Of a DNA stretch of 64,000 nucleotides, positions 25,129 to 38,726 are shown in pieces. Below the pieces are notes generated by a model that was given only the letters and a program-made list of their open reading frames with translations, was not told where the DNA came from and did no database searches. This DNA comes from Lophium mytilinum (Eukaryota), in the NCBI GenBank assembly GCA_010093605.1, contig MU004194.1:1402323-1466322 (forward strand), written 5' to 3'. The position numbers and the translations under genes were made by a program. Position 1 is the first letter of the stretch, and the number at the start of each line of letters is the position of its first letter.

Positions 25129-28100
25129 ATGGAGCCCGTTGCCAATGGTGCGCCAGCGCCCGTTGCTGTAGCGCCCACTGCTCCAAAGCCTCTCGGTCCC
25201 GATGATTTCGTTCGAAGTCGCGAACTGTACAGATACTTCAACCCCGCGCAGAACCTCGTCGCCTCGCAGTCTAGTACTGCGCCAGATACCGTCTTGACCG
25301 CATACGCCCAGCTGGTAGCATGGCGTCTGAACGCGCAGCGGAGCCTCGTCAGCCTGATTGATAAGGAAATACAGTACTTCGTGGCCGAAAGCACCAAGAC
25401 GTTGAGCCTGGAGGATAATACGCTACACGAGGACCCAGATGATGCCATGTGAGTGTCTGCCCAGGAACAAACTTCTGTGACTTCGCTAATCTGCTACAAG
25501 ATGGGCGGGAGTATGTGAAGTCGTTTCTTTGGCTACTAGGCCTTCTTTTGAGACATCAAGTGGGACGTACACGGCCGTGCTAACAACGTTGTAGTGCATC
25601 AATGTCCCCAAGTCCGGCCGCCTCTGTGTAAGACCGCTCGAATACCATGACTCGGGTAGAGCTCCTAGCTAATGAGTCGGTCAGGAACACACGCTGCAAA
25701 CGATGCCTACTAGCGACGGTAGCCCTGCTTGCTTCGAAGTACTCGACCTATCCCAAGACCCTCGCTTTTCCCAATTGCCCTTCGTCGCGGGCTCCCCACA
25801 CTTTCGGTACTATGTCGGGGTTCCCATTCGGACGAAGAAGGTGCGTACATTTGGCTCAGGCGTAAGCAAGCGCTGGCTTACAATCGTAGGGTGTCAACAT
25901 AGGAAGCCTATTCGCGATGGATGTTGTGGTTCGGAAACCTCTGGGTCTGGCAAACAAACTGTTTCTCAGTACGATTGCTAGCAACATCATGACACATCTG
26001 GAAACATTGAAAGAGAAGGAAGAGCGCCTCAGGGCACTCAACATGAATACATGTCTAGCAATGTTCGTGGATCCCGACCACCAACGCAAACGCAGGAGAA
26101 CCTCATCAGGAAGTCCACAAGCGAGAGCGGCACATCGAGGTACAGTCCGGAGATCAGCAGCAGATAATAATTCGATGACATCTCTCCGGAGCCCCTTGGG
26201 ACTAGATCAAGATATGAGGTCGTCTCCAAAAGGCTCTCCGAGGCCAGCCCAGTCTCGAAGGAAGCCACATGTAGGCGAATCAGGTGTCTCACCAGAAGCA
26301 TCACCACCAGAACCTGCAATCTCCAGGCCCACTCTACCGAAGCATCGTCATAAAATCAGCCAAGAAGAAGACGGCGTAGAGCCTTCTGAGTCTAGGTACT
26401 CTTCTAACATGGATTCCGATACATCTCACAAACCCAAAGTGGTTGAGGACGACCATTTGCGTACCTTCCGGAGAGCCGCACAACTTCTCTATGACTCGCT
26501 CTCTCTGCAAAATGGTGGCGGGGTTGTGTTTCTTGACACCATGACTTCGATGCAAAGCGAATCTACCGACTTCGACGGCTGGAACCTGAATGAGAACACA
26601 CGCTCAGATGTGCAGTTTCAGTACGAAGATAAAGAAGAATCTGGAAATGCACCTGCTGCGTTCAACCGGCCTCGTCGGCGCGGCATGTCTGGTGTACTAG
26701 GCGCTGCCGGTTCATCTTCGAATGAGGTGAACATCCATAGTGACGAAGCAGATGACTTCACGCCAATTTCTGCGTTGGAGCTTCATAAACTTATAAAAAG
26801 ACATCCGCGAGGCCAGCTGTTTAATTTAGACGTCGAAGGATTCAGCGGGTCTAGCTCGTCTGGGGATGAGCCCTCCGCATTCGATTTGCACATAAGTCGG
26901 AAGAGTTTCCCCTCCGAAGCAGAACGAGCTCTTCTGCTCAAGCACTTTCCCGGAAGTCGACAAGTGATTTTCCTGCCCCTTTACGACTCCACGTCGTCAA
27001 GATGGAGTACTTGTTTCGTGTACAACCTTTACGAATTTCACAATCTGACGCAGAACCCGGATTTCCTTTACTGTATTGCCTTCTGCAATTGCGTGATGAC
27101 GGAGATTGGTCGACTCGCAACTCTTGCCGCAGATCAACAGAAATCAGATTTCATCGGGTCAATAAGCCATGAGTTGAGATCGCCATTGCATGGTATTTTA
27201 GCTTCTATGGGTATGCATTACCACTATCACTCGTTAATTTATGCGGTCTCCAGATGCTAATCTGGGCGTAGAATTTCTCCATGATACTGACACCACTTCA
27301 TTCCAAAAGTCGCTTGTGGAGACTGCTGACGCGTGTGCTCGAACTCTCTTGGATACTATCAACATGGTCCTTGACTACAGTAGACTGAACGCGTTTGAGC
27401 GAAGCGCGCAGAAAGCTCGGCGAGCAGGAAAACGTGGTCAGGTACCTGCCGGGTTTGGGGGTAACTCAAACGGGTTTCAACCTGTGCTCAACATCTATGG
27501 AGATGTGGATTTGGCCGCGTAAGTGTCCCATGTCGAGACTACAACGAGTTCAGAACCTGACAAATAGCATAGCATTACCGAAGAGGTCGTCGAAGGAGTC
27601 TCCACAGGTCAAATCTTCAAAGACATCACTACTGTCGAGGGAGAAGATATACCCCTTCATCAGCGTAAAAAGAGTACGCCGCTCAGGCGGCTGAGTGAGG
27701 CTGGAACACCTGAAGCCGATCCAATCACTAAACCCGATGTCGAAATCATTGTAGACATTGGAATGCGCGCAGCCGGATGGAGTTTCGTGACCCAGCCCGG
27801 TGCGTTCCGTCGTATAGTTATGAATTTGTTCGGAAATTCACTGAAGGTGAGCCTCCTGTCCTGGAACTACAAGGTACTCAGCTAAGCTGTTCCAGTACAC
27901 AAGTAAAGGTTACATACTCGTCGAATTAGGTATGTTGAGCTGGTGTGCATGCTTTGCAGCATGCTTACACAATCCGATGACATTTTTATACTAATACCGT
28001 CCGTCTCCTTCAGATGCTGAAGACGTCCACAAGAACGCTAGCGGCTCACCTACAGAGGTGACTACATGGGTGACGCTCAAAGTCTCTGATACCGGAAAAG

Positions 28101-29965
28101 GAATCTCCCCAGAATATATGAGGAATAAGCTATTCACGCCTTTCGCCCAAGAAAGCAATATGAATCCAGGCACGGGGCTTGGCCTCTCTCTTGTCAAAGG
28201 CATCGTCAACATGCTCCAAGGCGAGATCAACGTCAAGTCTACAGTTGGAGTTGGTACAGTTGTAGAGATCAGATTACCCATGAATCACGCGCAAATGAAC
28301 TCAACAACCCCTAGCTCATCTGGCAGCAGTCTAGAACGCGCAAAAGATGACAGCATACCGTTCTGTCGGGCGGAAGCCGAGGACAAGACGGTGGCTCTTT
28401 TTAGAAACTCCTCGAGTACTAAGTCCAGTGAGCAATCCAAGGCTACCAAACTTCAGAGTCAAACCTTGGCCAACTACTTCCGGAATTGGTTCGGGTTTGC
28501 CGATGTCACGGAGTGGGTAGCTGGATCCACAGCTCATGTCGTCGCTGTTGAAGAGACCGATCTTGAAGCTCTATTGAAAGAGGTTAATAGCACAGTAAGT
28601 TCTTCAATCGCCCACTCGCTTTATAAGCGCATTGCACAAGCAGTTGTACATTTGACGACGTGTTCTTCATTGCTCTGCTGGGTTGAGTCTTTCAAAGCTG
28701 ACAGCCTTTGGCAGACAAACTCTAGCCCGAAACCTATGATAATCGTGTTCTGTGGAAATGCGTCTAGGCTCGCGTTAACTAGAGACTATTCGAACGCTGG
28801 TGTAATCATTGAGTTTCTTTGTGTCCCACTAGGACCATACAAGGTGAGAAACCCCGATCTCGTTCCCTCTCCCGTCACTAATGGTGGACAGCTCGCCCGT
28901 ACTCTTCGACTGGAGTTCGAGGCGTACAACAGATTGAATTCATCGGACACAACGCGAGAGGACCCACCCTCAGAGTCCGTGGAAAACCTAGCGTCAGCAA
29001 TGGAGCATGTTACTCTCAAATCCGATAACCCCAACATTCCAGATATTCAATTACTGGTGAATGGAGGCATTATCGCAAACTTGGCATCAAACAATGCGAA
29101 CATGGCTCTAGGCTCACCGCGCAGTGAGAAAAGGTCAGACGTGAAAGAAGAGGAGACGTTTCCGTTTCCGTCTGATGCACTCGCAAACAACCTGCATAGT
29201 CCGGCTCCGAAATCGTTGTCAGACATCATCGATAGGCCTATATCTACGATAGACCATCGGCGGCCCAACCTTGGAGCTCGGAGAACCATATCACCTACGC
29301 GGTCAGAGCTTGCAGCTCGAGAACCTGAACCTACACTGCCGATGACGGGAGCTGGTGCGCTTACCAGTACGCCGGACATACCGCTGATCACTCCTATTCC
29401 TTCCTCAACTGAATCACGTCCACCTCGTCTGCTTCTAGTGGATGGTAAGTCCTGGGTCAGATTCATGGCTGCGACTGCCCTCCGAGAAACAGCCTACTGA
29501 CTCCACTTGGTAGACAACCCCGTGAATCTTCGCCTCCTTAATACCTTCATGCGCAAGCGAAAATACCAGAACGTCGTCTCAGCCGAAGACGGTGAGCAGG
29601 CCGTCGCCGCATTCCGCACCGGCATCATGCGCTCCCCGCCAGAACCGCCCGATATCATCTTCATGGACATCAGCATGCCCATACTCGATGGGTTTGCAGC
29701 GACGCGTCAAATCCGTGAAATCGAACGCGAACTGGCAGAGAACTCAGGCCCGATGGAAACAGTGCCCCCGAGTTTGGTGATTGCCCTGACCGGGTTGGCA
29801 TCCGGAAGAGACCAGAGCGAGGCATTTATCAGCGGATTTGATCTCTACATGACAAAGCCGGTCAGCTTTCGAGAAGTGGGTCGGCTGCTTGATAATTGGC
29901 AGGCGCACGGGGGCGCGGCTGCAGCGAAAACACCGCATGGTAGCTTGACTGGTCCGGAGTTTTGA
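25129..29965 (+). CDS. Hybrid sensor histidine kinase (GAF-HisKA-HATPase-receiver), many introns
   Basis: GAF-like LTAYAQLVAWRLNAQRSLVSLID and PHFRYYVGVPIRT; H-box SDFIGSISHELRSPLHGIL; N-box RRIVMNLFGNSLKYT; G1 DTGKGI; G2 GTGLGL; receiver LLVDDNPVN, IFMDISMPILDG and MTKPV. Confidence 0.93.
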
Positions 29966-30806
29966 GTGATTAATGAGGGAGGATTGGAGATGTCTGAATC
30001 TTCGATGTGGGAATGCGATTACGAGGTTTCAAGGATGAAGAGCTGCTCTGGCATGGGTGGCATGTCTCGGTACTATTGTCACGATTTACGAGCGACGTGG
30101 AGTTCTCGAGCTATATAGCTCTGGGTAAGGCACGGAACTGTATGCATATACAGTACAGAACCGGCTAAGGTCACTTAGAAATGGAATATCAAGGAAGTAG
30201 GCTCAATGCTTACAGATCCACAACATTGCTTGCTTCAAACGCACAGTCTTTGGACAAATTTCTAAATGTCGATCGTCACTTCTCATGGTGCCCTAGAGTG
30301 CTGTACAAATTCGGATCTGATCCAAGCACGTGGGACGCGGGGGGGTTGCTCGAAGAGTACACGCTCCTGAGTAGCGTTATACAATGCCGGTAGCCGTTCC
30401 ATGTGTACAGGTCCGTGGTGTCGAAACAAGACTCGAGTGCGTTTTGTATTCACCCGAAAGTCGCTAGCACGGAGATGGTCGTGAGCCCTGCGTTTCGAGA
30501 CGGAAACTAGTGAACGCCACTCGGGTGTCCCCTAGCATCCACGTCGACCACCTGCCTCAGCTTCGATCCCCTCGCAACGATTCAATAAGGCGACTGTGCG
30601 GCTGGGAGCCGTAGGCACGCGGGTGTAACCTGCCCCAGCACCGCCATGCTACGTTTCCGTCCCTCCTCCCCAAAGAAACGACTAGGGCGAGTACAGATCT
30701 CTCTTTCACTTTTCGATCTGGAAGTAGCACTGAAGTCAGCATTGTAGAAGTATCTCCCCTTCCGCTTCGTCCCTAACACCAAAACACGTTCCCTACCCCA
30801 TAACAA

Positions 30807-32122
30807 ATGCCAGATGATTCTATCTTGATCATGCCTCATTCCGTCCACACCTCGTTGGCCATGTCTGACCACAGGGCTTCTCTTTCGAGCTCCTCACCCT
30901 TCGTGTTCCCTCGAGCTGCTGGTGCAGAAGTGCTAGCAGGAGATTACACCATGGACGAGCGTTCACCAACCCAATCGAACTTCTCTGCTCTGGGCTCGGT
31001 GAAGTCTAATCCACCAAACTCTTCCGAGTTCGAACCACTGGTCGATCACAGCAAAATTACTCGTCATATCGTGTATGGAGCGCCTGGGGAGAAGAAGGAC
31101 TCAGACACTTCAAAGCATCGTCCTCAAACTCACAAATCGAGACGACGCACTCAGTACTATGAGGAACAGTTTTCCGAACGCTACAAGGATAGCCCGGGTT
31201 CAGTGCGTGAGCGGACTTCCAGAGATTCTCCTATCATAGCTGAGTTGCGGACCAATGTCATTGTAAGTCCGCATATCGTGATTTCGGTCCACAGCCTATT
31301 TATATTACTCACACGACCTAGATGAAAGACGAATATCCGCTCATTATGGACCTTTCCCAGACCCTAGCACATCGATATCAGCGCCCAGATTCGTCTGTGA
31401 TGGTCACACTGGAGCATTCTGCTTGTCTTCTCCTTGGAGGCACCTTCGATCCAACGTACATTCTCACTATCACTGCCCTCCCAGTCCATATCCAGCCGAG
31501 CACCAATAAACGGAATGCAGCACTTCTCCAGTCTTTCCTATTGGAGACTTTGGGCGTGCCGTCTCATCGTGGTATCATCAAATTCCAGAGCATACCAGAA
31601 GAGAACTTGGCTATGAATGGAACAACGATTCTGGGCGAAATCGAGCGATTGGAGAAGCAGCTTGCTGAAGAAAACGGGAGTGCTCTCAAACGCACAATGA
31701 CTAAAGCCTCCCGCAAATCGCTGGTTCTGAAGCCGAAACCCAGTCTGCCGACTATGGGCAGCTCTCCAACAGTCGTCAATGGCCACTCTCCCAGTTACCC
31801 ACCGATGCTCACCCCTGTGCCCGTCGAGATCGATGATGCCGACGGGCCATCAAGCTTGTTGAGCGACTCGAAGCATCTCTCGGAGCTGTCATCTCCGCTG
31901 AATCGAAAGTTGAGCAAAGTTTTAATCAAAGGCAACATCCCATCTTCCCAAGCCGAAGGCACTTCGTCTAAGCGCGACAGAGCTAGAAAGAGGCATACGG
32001 AGGCAAGGCCAGCGGGGAAGGCTACCGCACTACCCAAGGTGCCTCTGCCGCTACGAATACCAGCGGAGCCCACACCAAAGATCGGGAAGCGGAAGAGTCT
32101 CATCGCCATCTTCAAGCGGTAA
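30807..32122 (+). CDS. MIF/tautomerase-superfamily domain protein
   Basis: SPIIAELRTNVI, intron 31263-31321, then DLSQTLAHRYQRPDSSVMVTLEHSACLLLGGTFDPTYIL...TNKRNAALLQ...RGIIKF, typical of fungal MIF-like proteins. Start could be a downstream ATG. Confidence 0.75.
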
Positions 32123-33037
32123 CTGTCTTTTCTGCCTTTCTGTACCTTTGACGTTGGTTAATGTTGGGATGTCAAGCTTTCCCGTTCCGCCGTCCATCCG
32201 CGCCGACAGTATTGTGTCGCTTGCATCGTCCAGGCGGTTTGGAGGTAGGAGTGAGCGCTCGTCGACTTACGGAGTGCTTTGAGTTGTATTCGATAGCACG
32301 GCTTGGAGTGTGACGGTGCGGTAGACGGTATCTGCCCTGGTGGGTTTGAATGGCTGGGTGATGGCGGCGCAGGAGCGACTTACTGCGGCATAAGTATTGG
32401 CCTCTAGATATACCCTCATAGCGATCGATGTTGATATAGTTCTCACCAAAGCTCAATATCTAATCTAGTCTATTAGAGCTATGTGGTGCTTTACGAAAGG
32501 GTTTCAAGATTGTCGCCGAGTGCGAAAACCTCTTGCATATCAAGCAGAGTGCAGTAATATCACCCACGATTGCTTCACTTCGTCAAATTAACTCACTCCC
32601 CGAATAAACGCTCTTGTTCACAAGATGCAAGTGAAGGCTGATACCACCTTCACGGCTTACCACCTGATACTTAGGATTGCCGAGTTGTCGACTCTGATGA
32701 CACGCACGTACACGAATTGCCACGTCTAAGGATGGAGTACCTTATGGCTATATAAGAAGCCCAAGCATCAGTATAGACCTTCTTGTCCTTAACATCATCC
32801 TCAACATTTCTCTATCGCTACTCACGTAAATCAAACCCAAATCAACGAGCCACAGTTCCAGCTATCCTGGAAGTCATCATTCAAACCATCATTACTACTC
32901 TTACTCAAACTATCCTCTACACCACGGTCCAAGCCACAGTCGCAACCATCACCCAAGCAATCACCCAAGCAATCATCTCCGCCATCACCCAACCCACCAC
33001 CCAAACCCCAACACCCTCCCCGCCAACTCTTCAAACA

Positions 33038-33682
33038 ATGTCTTCCTCCAACTCCCCCGCCCCCAACTCCTCCTCCCGAATCCCACCCCACACCTGCACT
33101 TGCAGCACCTGCGCCACGCCCCTCCCCCATCCCCCCTCGCCCCTCAACCCCTACAACCCCTCCGCCCACAAACTCGGCTACCACATCCTCCTCCACCGCC
33201 TCCCCGTCTCGGAGCGCTCCCTCGCCAAACCCCCCCTCGACGCCCTACTCTCTATCTACGCCAGCTCCGGCCTGCAGTCCGCTCCTGGGGTCGAAGCGTA
33301 CAGGTCCTTCGACGCGGCGCTGACGGCGCTGCGCATCCGGCGCGTGGTGGCGCGGAAGACGGGGTGCTGTTTGCGCGTTAGTAGGGTGGACGGGGTTGTG
33401 TTTGAGGTGAGTGTGCCTATTCCTGTTTCCTGTTTTGTGAAGGGAGGAGGGGGGCTGACGATTGCGGTTTAGTTGCCGACGCAGAAGTGGATGCGGCAGC
33501 ATGGGTTGCGGGAGGATGAGCTGGCGGAGACGGAGGTTAGGGCGGATTTGGTGAATGGGATGGCGGAGGCGACGGAGGAGACGCTGATGCGGGAGGCTGA
33601 GAAGCAGGCTTAGGATGAGATTGAGAGGAAGATTGAGAGGGAGGTGAAGATGCGAAGGGAAGAGACTGAGGAGCGGGAGTAG
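33038..33682 (+). CDS. Hypothetical protein, two exons
   Basis: TATA at about 32749; ATG at 33038; intron 33407-33472 (GTGAGT...CTGAC...TAG) keeps frame into a charged coiled-coil tail ending TAG at 33682. Confidence 0.55.
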
Positions 33683-34267
33683 ATATAGTTGGTTGAGTGG
33701 GATTTTGGGGGAGGCGAAGGCGGTTAGACTAGGTTGGTAAGGGGCTTATGTGGTATCTGAAAGGTGTTGGATTATATTGATGCTTTACTGATGCATTCTT
33801 CTCGATGTGTGCGGTTTTGCTAATCGGAGACGTTCTTGAAGCTCTCCTGGAAGTCCGGTTTATGGCCCTGTTCTTCACCATCAATCCCGGAGACTGGCAA
33901 TCAGACCTTCGAGTCCTACCTTTTGGTTGTGATCCACCACCCAGGGGTCTTTTAGTACTGTATCCGACTCGTCAACAGCCTTATGACCACGACCGGTTCT
34001 GGAGCTACATTTACACCATTTCTGATTTCCATTCCAAATCCGGTGTCTTCTGTCGTCGACCCTGTATCAGATCCTGAGTTCTGGGATAGGTTTCTACGAA
34101 GCTGACTGACAATGACGCCTTCTACTTTCAACACTTTTGAGGCTGCCAAGAGTTTCCTAGTTGAGCTTATGGGTGAGTCTTTCGTGACAGCATTGAGAAT
34201 GTTTGTTTCCGGCATCCAGTCATTGCTGGTAGGTTTGATACTATACCACTATTATGATAGAGAGAAT

Positions 34268-35435
34268 CTACGCTTTCGCCTTTCCTTTTGCTCCTTCTCT
34301 CGCCCTCCTCCTCTCTTCCTCCTCTTTGGCGTCCACATTCGCCAAGAATGCCATTCGTTCTGCATAATTGGCCTTCGCCTTCCCGTACTCATCCAAATCG
34401 TCTGCCAGACCCTCCTTGTCCACAAATCCTGTCCAATCCAGCCGTGTCTTATCCACCACATTGAGTTTCTTGACCTTCTCAGGGGGCAGCATAGATTTTG
34501 CGACGGCGGGCGTAGGCGCGTTTTCTTGGCCGACAGTCGTGCTCTTGCGGGGCCAGGTAAGCTGGCGATCGGGGGGAAGGCTCTTGACATAGCCAGCGGG
34601 GTTGGGCTCAAAGCGAAAGGGTCGACGAAGAGGGCGGCGGATAGTGTCGGGTTCTGGCGCTGCCGATTGGTCTGCGGATTCAGCGTCTGTCTCTGCAGTA
34701 GGTTCTTCTGGTGGTATGGGAGGCGACTCCACGATCGTCCAGCCGTCTTTAATGTATTGATGATGAGCTGCGGAGCCCTTACGGACACGCTTCTCAAATG
34801 TATCGGTTTGGCCTGCGTGCTTGGCCACGAGCTTGAGGGTTATGAATTCGTCGCTGGGACCATCCACTTTTTGAGGTCCAGTTCCGGCATCTTCTCCTTT
34901 CTTGGGAGCCCCATCTTGTGTTTCTGCCCCGGGGACAGAGGTTTGAGGTTTGAGGGGGGCAGCGAGCATCTGCGACCATAGCGCATCGACGTCCACCGTT
35001 GCGCCATCTGTCCTAGCCAGCGGTCGCCGCTCTATCTTTCTATAGAATTGCGTCAGCAAATTCGTCCAATAATGGATGTTGACCGTATGCCACTCACTCC
35101 ACCCTCCTCTGTGCCCTAGTCTTCACCAATCCGCCTTCTCCGCCCTCGTCGTCCGACAGAAGTATATCGTCGTCGTCTGCCTTGCCGGTCTTCCTCTTCG
35201 CGCGCCGGCTCTTCGCCGCCTGTATCGTAACCTCATCCCCAGAGTCGAACTCGGCACGGGACGGTGCTTTTCGCTTGCGCTTCCGCGATACAGGCTTGGT
35301 GGCCGCGGGGGTGGGTTCGTCTTCATCGGAGGTGGAGGATTCGTCGGCGACGGGAGCGGTGGCGGGATTGAAGTCTTCATCGGAGGATTCGTGGTACTGT
35401 TCGTCGGCCTCGGGCGAGAGCGGTTGTTGGGACAT
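34268..35435 (-). CDS. SWC5: SWR1-complex subunit Swc5 (BCNT-C domain)
   Basis: Acidic N-terminus ESSDEDFNP, GGLVKTRAQR, intron 35040-35097, BCNT-C KLNVVDKTRLDWTGFVDKEGLADDL...YAERMAFL. Confidence 0.9.
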
Positions 35436-36853
35436 TATGGCAATTTGTGGTGTTGAGTTGCAGCTGGAAAGCTCGAGGCACGTCACGGTAGAAATGTTGA
35501 TCGCGCCAAACTTCGACGCGATCCCTGCTAGTATACCCCACGTTTTTACCTTAGGGTGGATGTCTCCTTCACCAAACCACAAAAACTCGTTCCTCTTAAC
35601 ATATTAACACCGGAACAATGCAGACCGCACTTCGTGTTGATTAGACTTTGAATGGTAAAGCTCCAGGCGTATGGGCTTGGCGCCCCCATCGACGACCTTG
35701 GCTACGACTTCATCTCTGGCGACGTCGCGACGTCTTTCTGAGCAGCAGTCTAGTCATTTCCTGGGAAAGGTTTTCTGAAGCTCCGCGGATAGATAGTTGA
35801 TGTCACCGAGACGCTTCCCGAATACACAAATTCCCCAACGCCAAAGCTTGACAGCGAGCTAGCATGGCACGACGAAGCGTGTATGGACCGCGAATCTCGA
35901 TCTTTGGTTACGATCATTCAGGCCATCACAACCTTCTAGTCTTGGGTGCAACTTGCGTAAAGATCACAAATATATCCGACTCGGGAATCCGTCAACGATG
36001 CACTTTTTCAGACGCTTGTGTTGTGGACTAGCTGGACCAGGAACTTGTAACTCGGATATCTTCGCAGGAATTTTTCGCGATCGGATCAACATCCTCATGA
36101 CAAATGTCCCTAATCGAGGATGCGGTATACCTGCCCTTACGCGCTGAATACAGGACCTGCCAGATCTTGAAAGCCGGCGCAGGTGGTATGCATCAAACGG
36201 CTTGGGAGCACCCGAGACGGTTAAAGAGGATCTGATTTCTGCTCCCAATACAGGCTACCCTTGCCGAGATCTTCCATCGCGTTGTTAATATGTATATGTA
36301 GGTAGGTAGGACGAATGTAAAATCCCGGAGTTCAATTCTCGTGGCTTCACTATGGAGTAGGTATAGGCTCGTGATCTACAATAACTTGTTGATAGAAATC
36401 TACACTTGTTTACCGCCGCATGAGGAGGCTCAGAGTATTATCAGCACTCTAAAGCAGAGACCAGTTCGGCATTTTGGATCACCAGTGAATTCACGAGGCT
36501 ACACCACACAATGGCAACATGGCGTACGCGGATTGGAAGCGTATGCGCTACGCTAGGTTTCTAATAGTACGTGGAAGCCCTATAAGTAATGATAGGGAAG
36601 TGTACGGATATCTATGGCAAGTCACTGTATCTATATTCTCATCATCTGTTCTATTCCATTCAAGAAACCGGACCTCTCCATTGTGAGCACGCAAATGGCT
36701 CACGAATCAACAGCCCCCGCTCCCACTCCAGCACCCCCCTTACAATTCCCGTGCTTTCGCCAGGCTTGCACTATTTCAGCAGCAGACTGCATCGCAGATG
36801 CGTTCCTCGCCCACCGCGATCCTCCGACCGCATGGATTCGCTCTTCTCCCTCT

Positions 36854-37483
36854 TCACCAAAACTGTGGCCACGGACCCTCCCCACCGCCACGCCCGTGGT
36901 AGGCGTTAAATCGGTCGAAACGCGCATCATTCATTCGTGGGAATTCACCCACTTGGCTCATCTCGGAAGAACCAGAATCTGAAGTCTGCGCGGTGGTAGA
37001 ACACTGCATCACCTCGAGCTCTTCCTCATATCTTTGGATTTGCTCTTGCATTGCTTGGATTTGCTGCCGGTGCTCCTGTTCCTGGTTACGGAGCCTCTGG
37101 TTCTCGTTTCGCATCTCTCTAGCACGCGCTCGAATAGCACGGAAGTGGCGGGTGTTGTGCATGGCTTCGTTCACCAAAAAGCCATCGAGGAAGGTCGGTA
37201 TCGGTACTGGGGTATAGTCTTCAGGTCGGGCTAAGTTGACGGCGTGAAGAGCAGGGAGATGGGGCTGGGTGCGATTTGAGTTGTCCGGTGGTGGTGGTGT
37301 GGGCCGGGGCGGGGGACGGGGACGAGGGCGTGGTGGAGGCGGCGGTTGATGCTTGCCGCGAGAGTAACGTGGTGCGGTGAGTTGGGGTAGGGCATGGTAG
37401 ATGATGAAGAGAAAGGCTAGGAGAAAGGAGACCAGGGCATAGAAGGATGGTGGGTAGGTTGGGAGGGATGAGGGGAGAGGCAT
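36854..37483 (-). CDS. Orphan protein with N-terminal TM anchor, Pro-rich linker and coiled coil (paralog A)
   Basis: ORF of about 209 aa from ATG at 37483; homologous to the adjacent ORF 37845-38726. Confidence 0.55.
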   Translation of the reverse strand: MPLPSSLPTYPPSFYALVSFLLAFLFIIYHALPQLTAPRYSRGKHQPPPPPRPRPRPPPRPTPPPPDNSNRTQPHLPALHAVNLARPEDYTPVPIPTFLDGFLVNEAMHNTRHFRAIRARAREMRNENQRLRNQEQEHRQQIQAMQEQIQRYEEELEVMQCSTTAQTSDSGSSEMSQVGEFPRMNDARFDRFNAYHGRGGGEGPWPQFW

Positions 37484-37844
37484 GGTCACGCCTGTCGGGA
37501 CGGTAGGTTTGAAGAAAATGGAGCGAGTTGGATGGCGGAAAGGAGATGGAGTGGGGTGTCGAGATATATGAGTCGAAACTTGATGGCCGTTTGTAAGTGT
37601 GTGCTGGCTTCATCTTTACGCTATCTCACCAATGCGTTGGACATGGTAATTGAAAGGCAAACCAGGAGCGCATCATGATCTGGCTTAAGGAAATGTGGAC
37701 GGCAAAGCACTTGTGCGAACAGTGATGATTAGTTAGGTATGTGATCTACTTATATTCCGTTCGTATCCTGTACCATCAATCTACGCATACAGAGGCTAGC
37801 GAAATTACGCGTTGCGATGGTCTTCAGCTCTTCCCTTTCCGTTT

Positions 37845-38726
37845 CTACCTATCTCTAACACCCCGACGCGCTTGCGCCTCTCGTCCTCGCCCATGGAGCC
37901 CTTCAAATACATCCTCCCCATCCCAGCCAAATTCATCCTGTCCATTCCTGTAAAGCCTTTCTCTCAGCTCGTCCTCTCTCTCCGGATCCGCCGCTCTCTC
38001 CAAGCTCGCCTGTCTCTTCAGCTCCTTCTCTTCTTTCCTTTTCCGGTCCCGCTTAATAAAATCTCTCGTCGTGGACCCGAATGCAGCATCCCTCAGCATC
38101 ACTGGTCTTACCACTATCGGCGAAGATCCCCCAATAGTGCTATCGAAGCTAGCATCGGTGTCCGTAGCAAAAGACCCATAGGGACTGCACACCCCCACGC
38201 CGGAGTAAGTGTTATAGGGATGAGGCAGTCCAGCACCGGTCGCCTGCATCAACGTCACGGGACACGTTGAAGGCTCTCGCTCCCTCCGAAGCTCTTCAAT
38301 GAGAACACGGGTCTTCTCGTCCTGCTTCTGGGCATGGCTTCTAAGCACCTGCTGCTGCGCGGCCACCTCCTCGAATTGCCGCGCACACATTGCCTCGAGG
38401 ACGAGAAGGCGCTCGAATAAGGCGGGCGCTAGTGGTGCGGCATCGCGCGCACGAAAGACGTCAGGCAAGTTGGTATTTGTAGTAGCAGCATTGTTCGACA
38501 AGGCTGTGTTTAAGGTGCGGCCTGTGTTGACTGGGCTTAGGGGACGGGGCAAAGGACGTCGGATATTACGAAGGGGCGGGGAAGAGGGTCGCGTGCCTCG
38601 GCGAGTATAACGCGGTGCGGTGCGGAGAGGGAAGTTTTGGTAGATGATGAAAATGAGAGCGAGGAAGAACGAGATGAGAACGTAAAGGGATGGAGGGAAA
38701 GAGTCTGGGCTGGAGGATGGGGACAT
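37845..38726 (-). CDS. Orphan protein with N-terminal TM anchor, Pro-rich linker and coiled coil (paralog B)
   Basis: 293-aa ORF with TATA-like TATAAATA upstream; N-terminal half aligns with paralog A. Confidence 0.6.
   Translation of the reverse strand: MSPSSSPDSFPPSLYVLISFFLALIFIIYQNFPLRTAPRYTRRGTRPSSPPLRNIRRPLPRPLSPVNTGRTLNTALSNNAATTNTNLPDVFRARDAAPLAPALFERLLVLEAMCARQFEEVAAQQQVLRSHAQKQDEKTRVLIEELRREREPSTCPVTLMQATGAGLPHPYNTYSGVGVCSPYGSFATDTDASFDSTIGGSSPIVVRPVMLRDAAFGSTTRDFIKRDRKRKEEKELKRQASLERAADPEREDELRERLYRNGQDEFGWDGEDVFEGLHGRGREAQARRGVRDR

Noticed and set aside
34112..34981. 289-aa plus-strand ORF
   Set aside because: Antisense shadow of SWC5, like the many other antisense ORFs over HSP104, KAP95 and the kinase.
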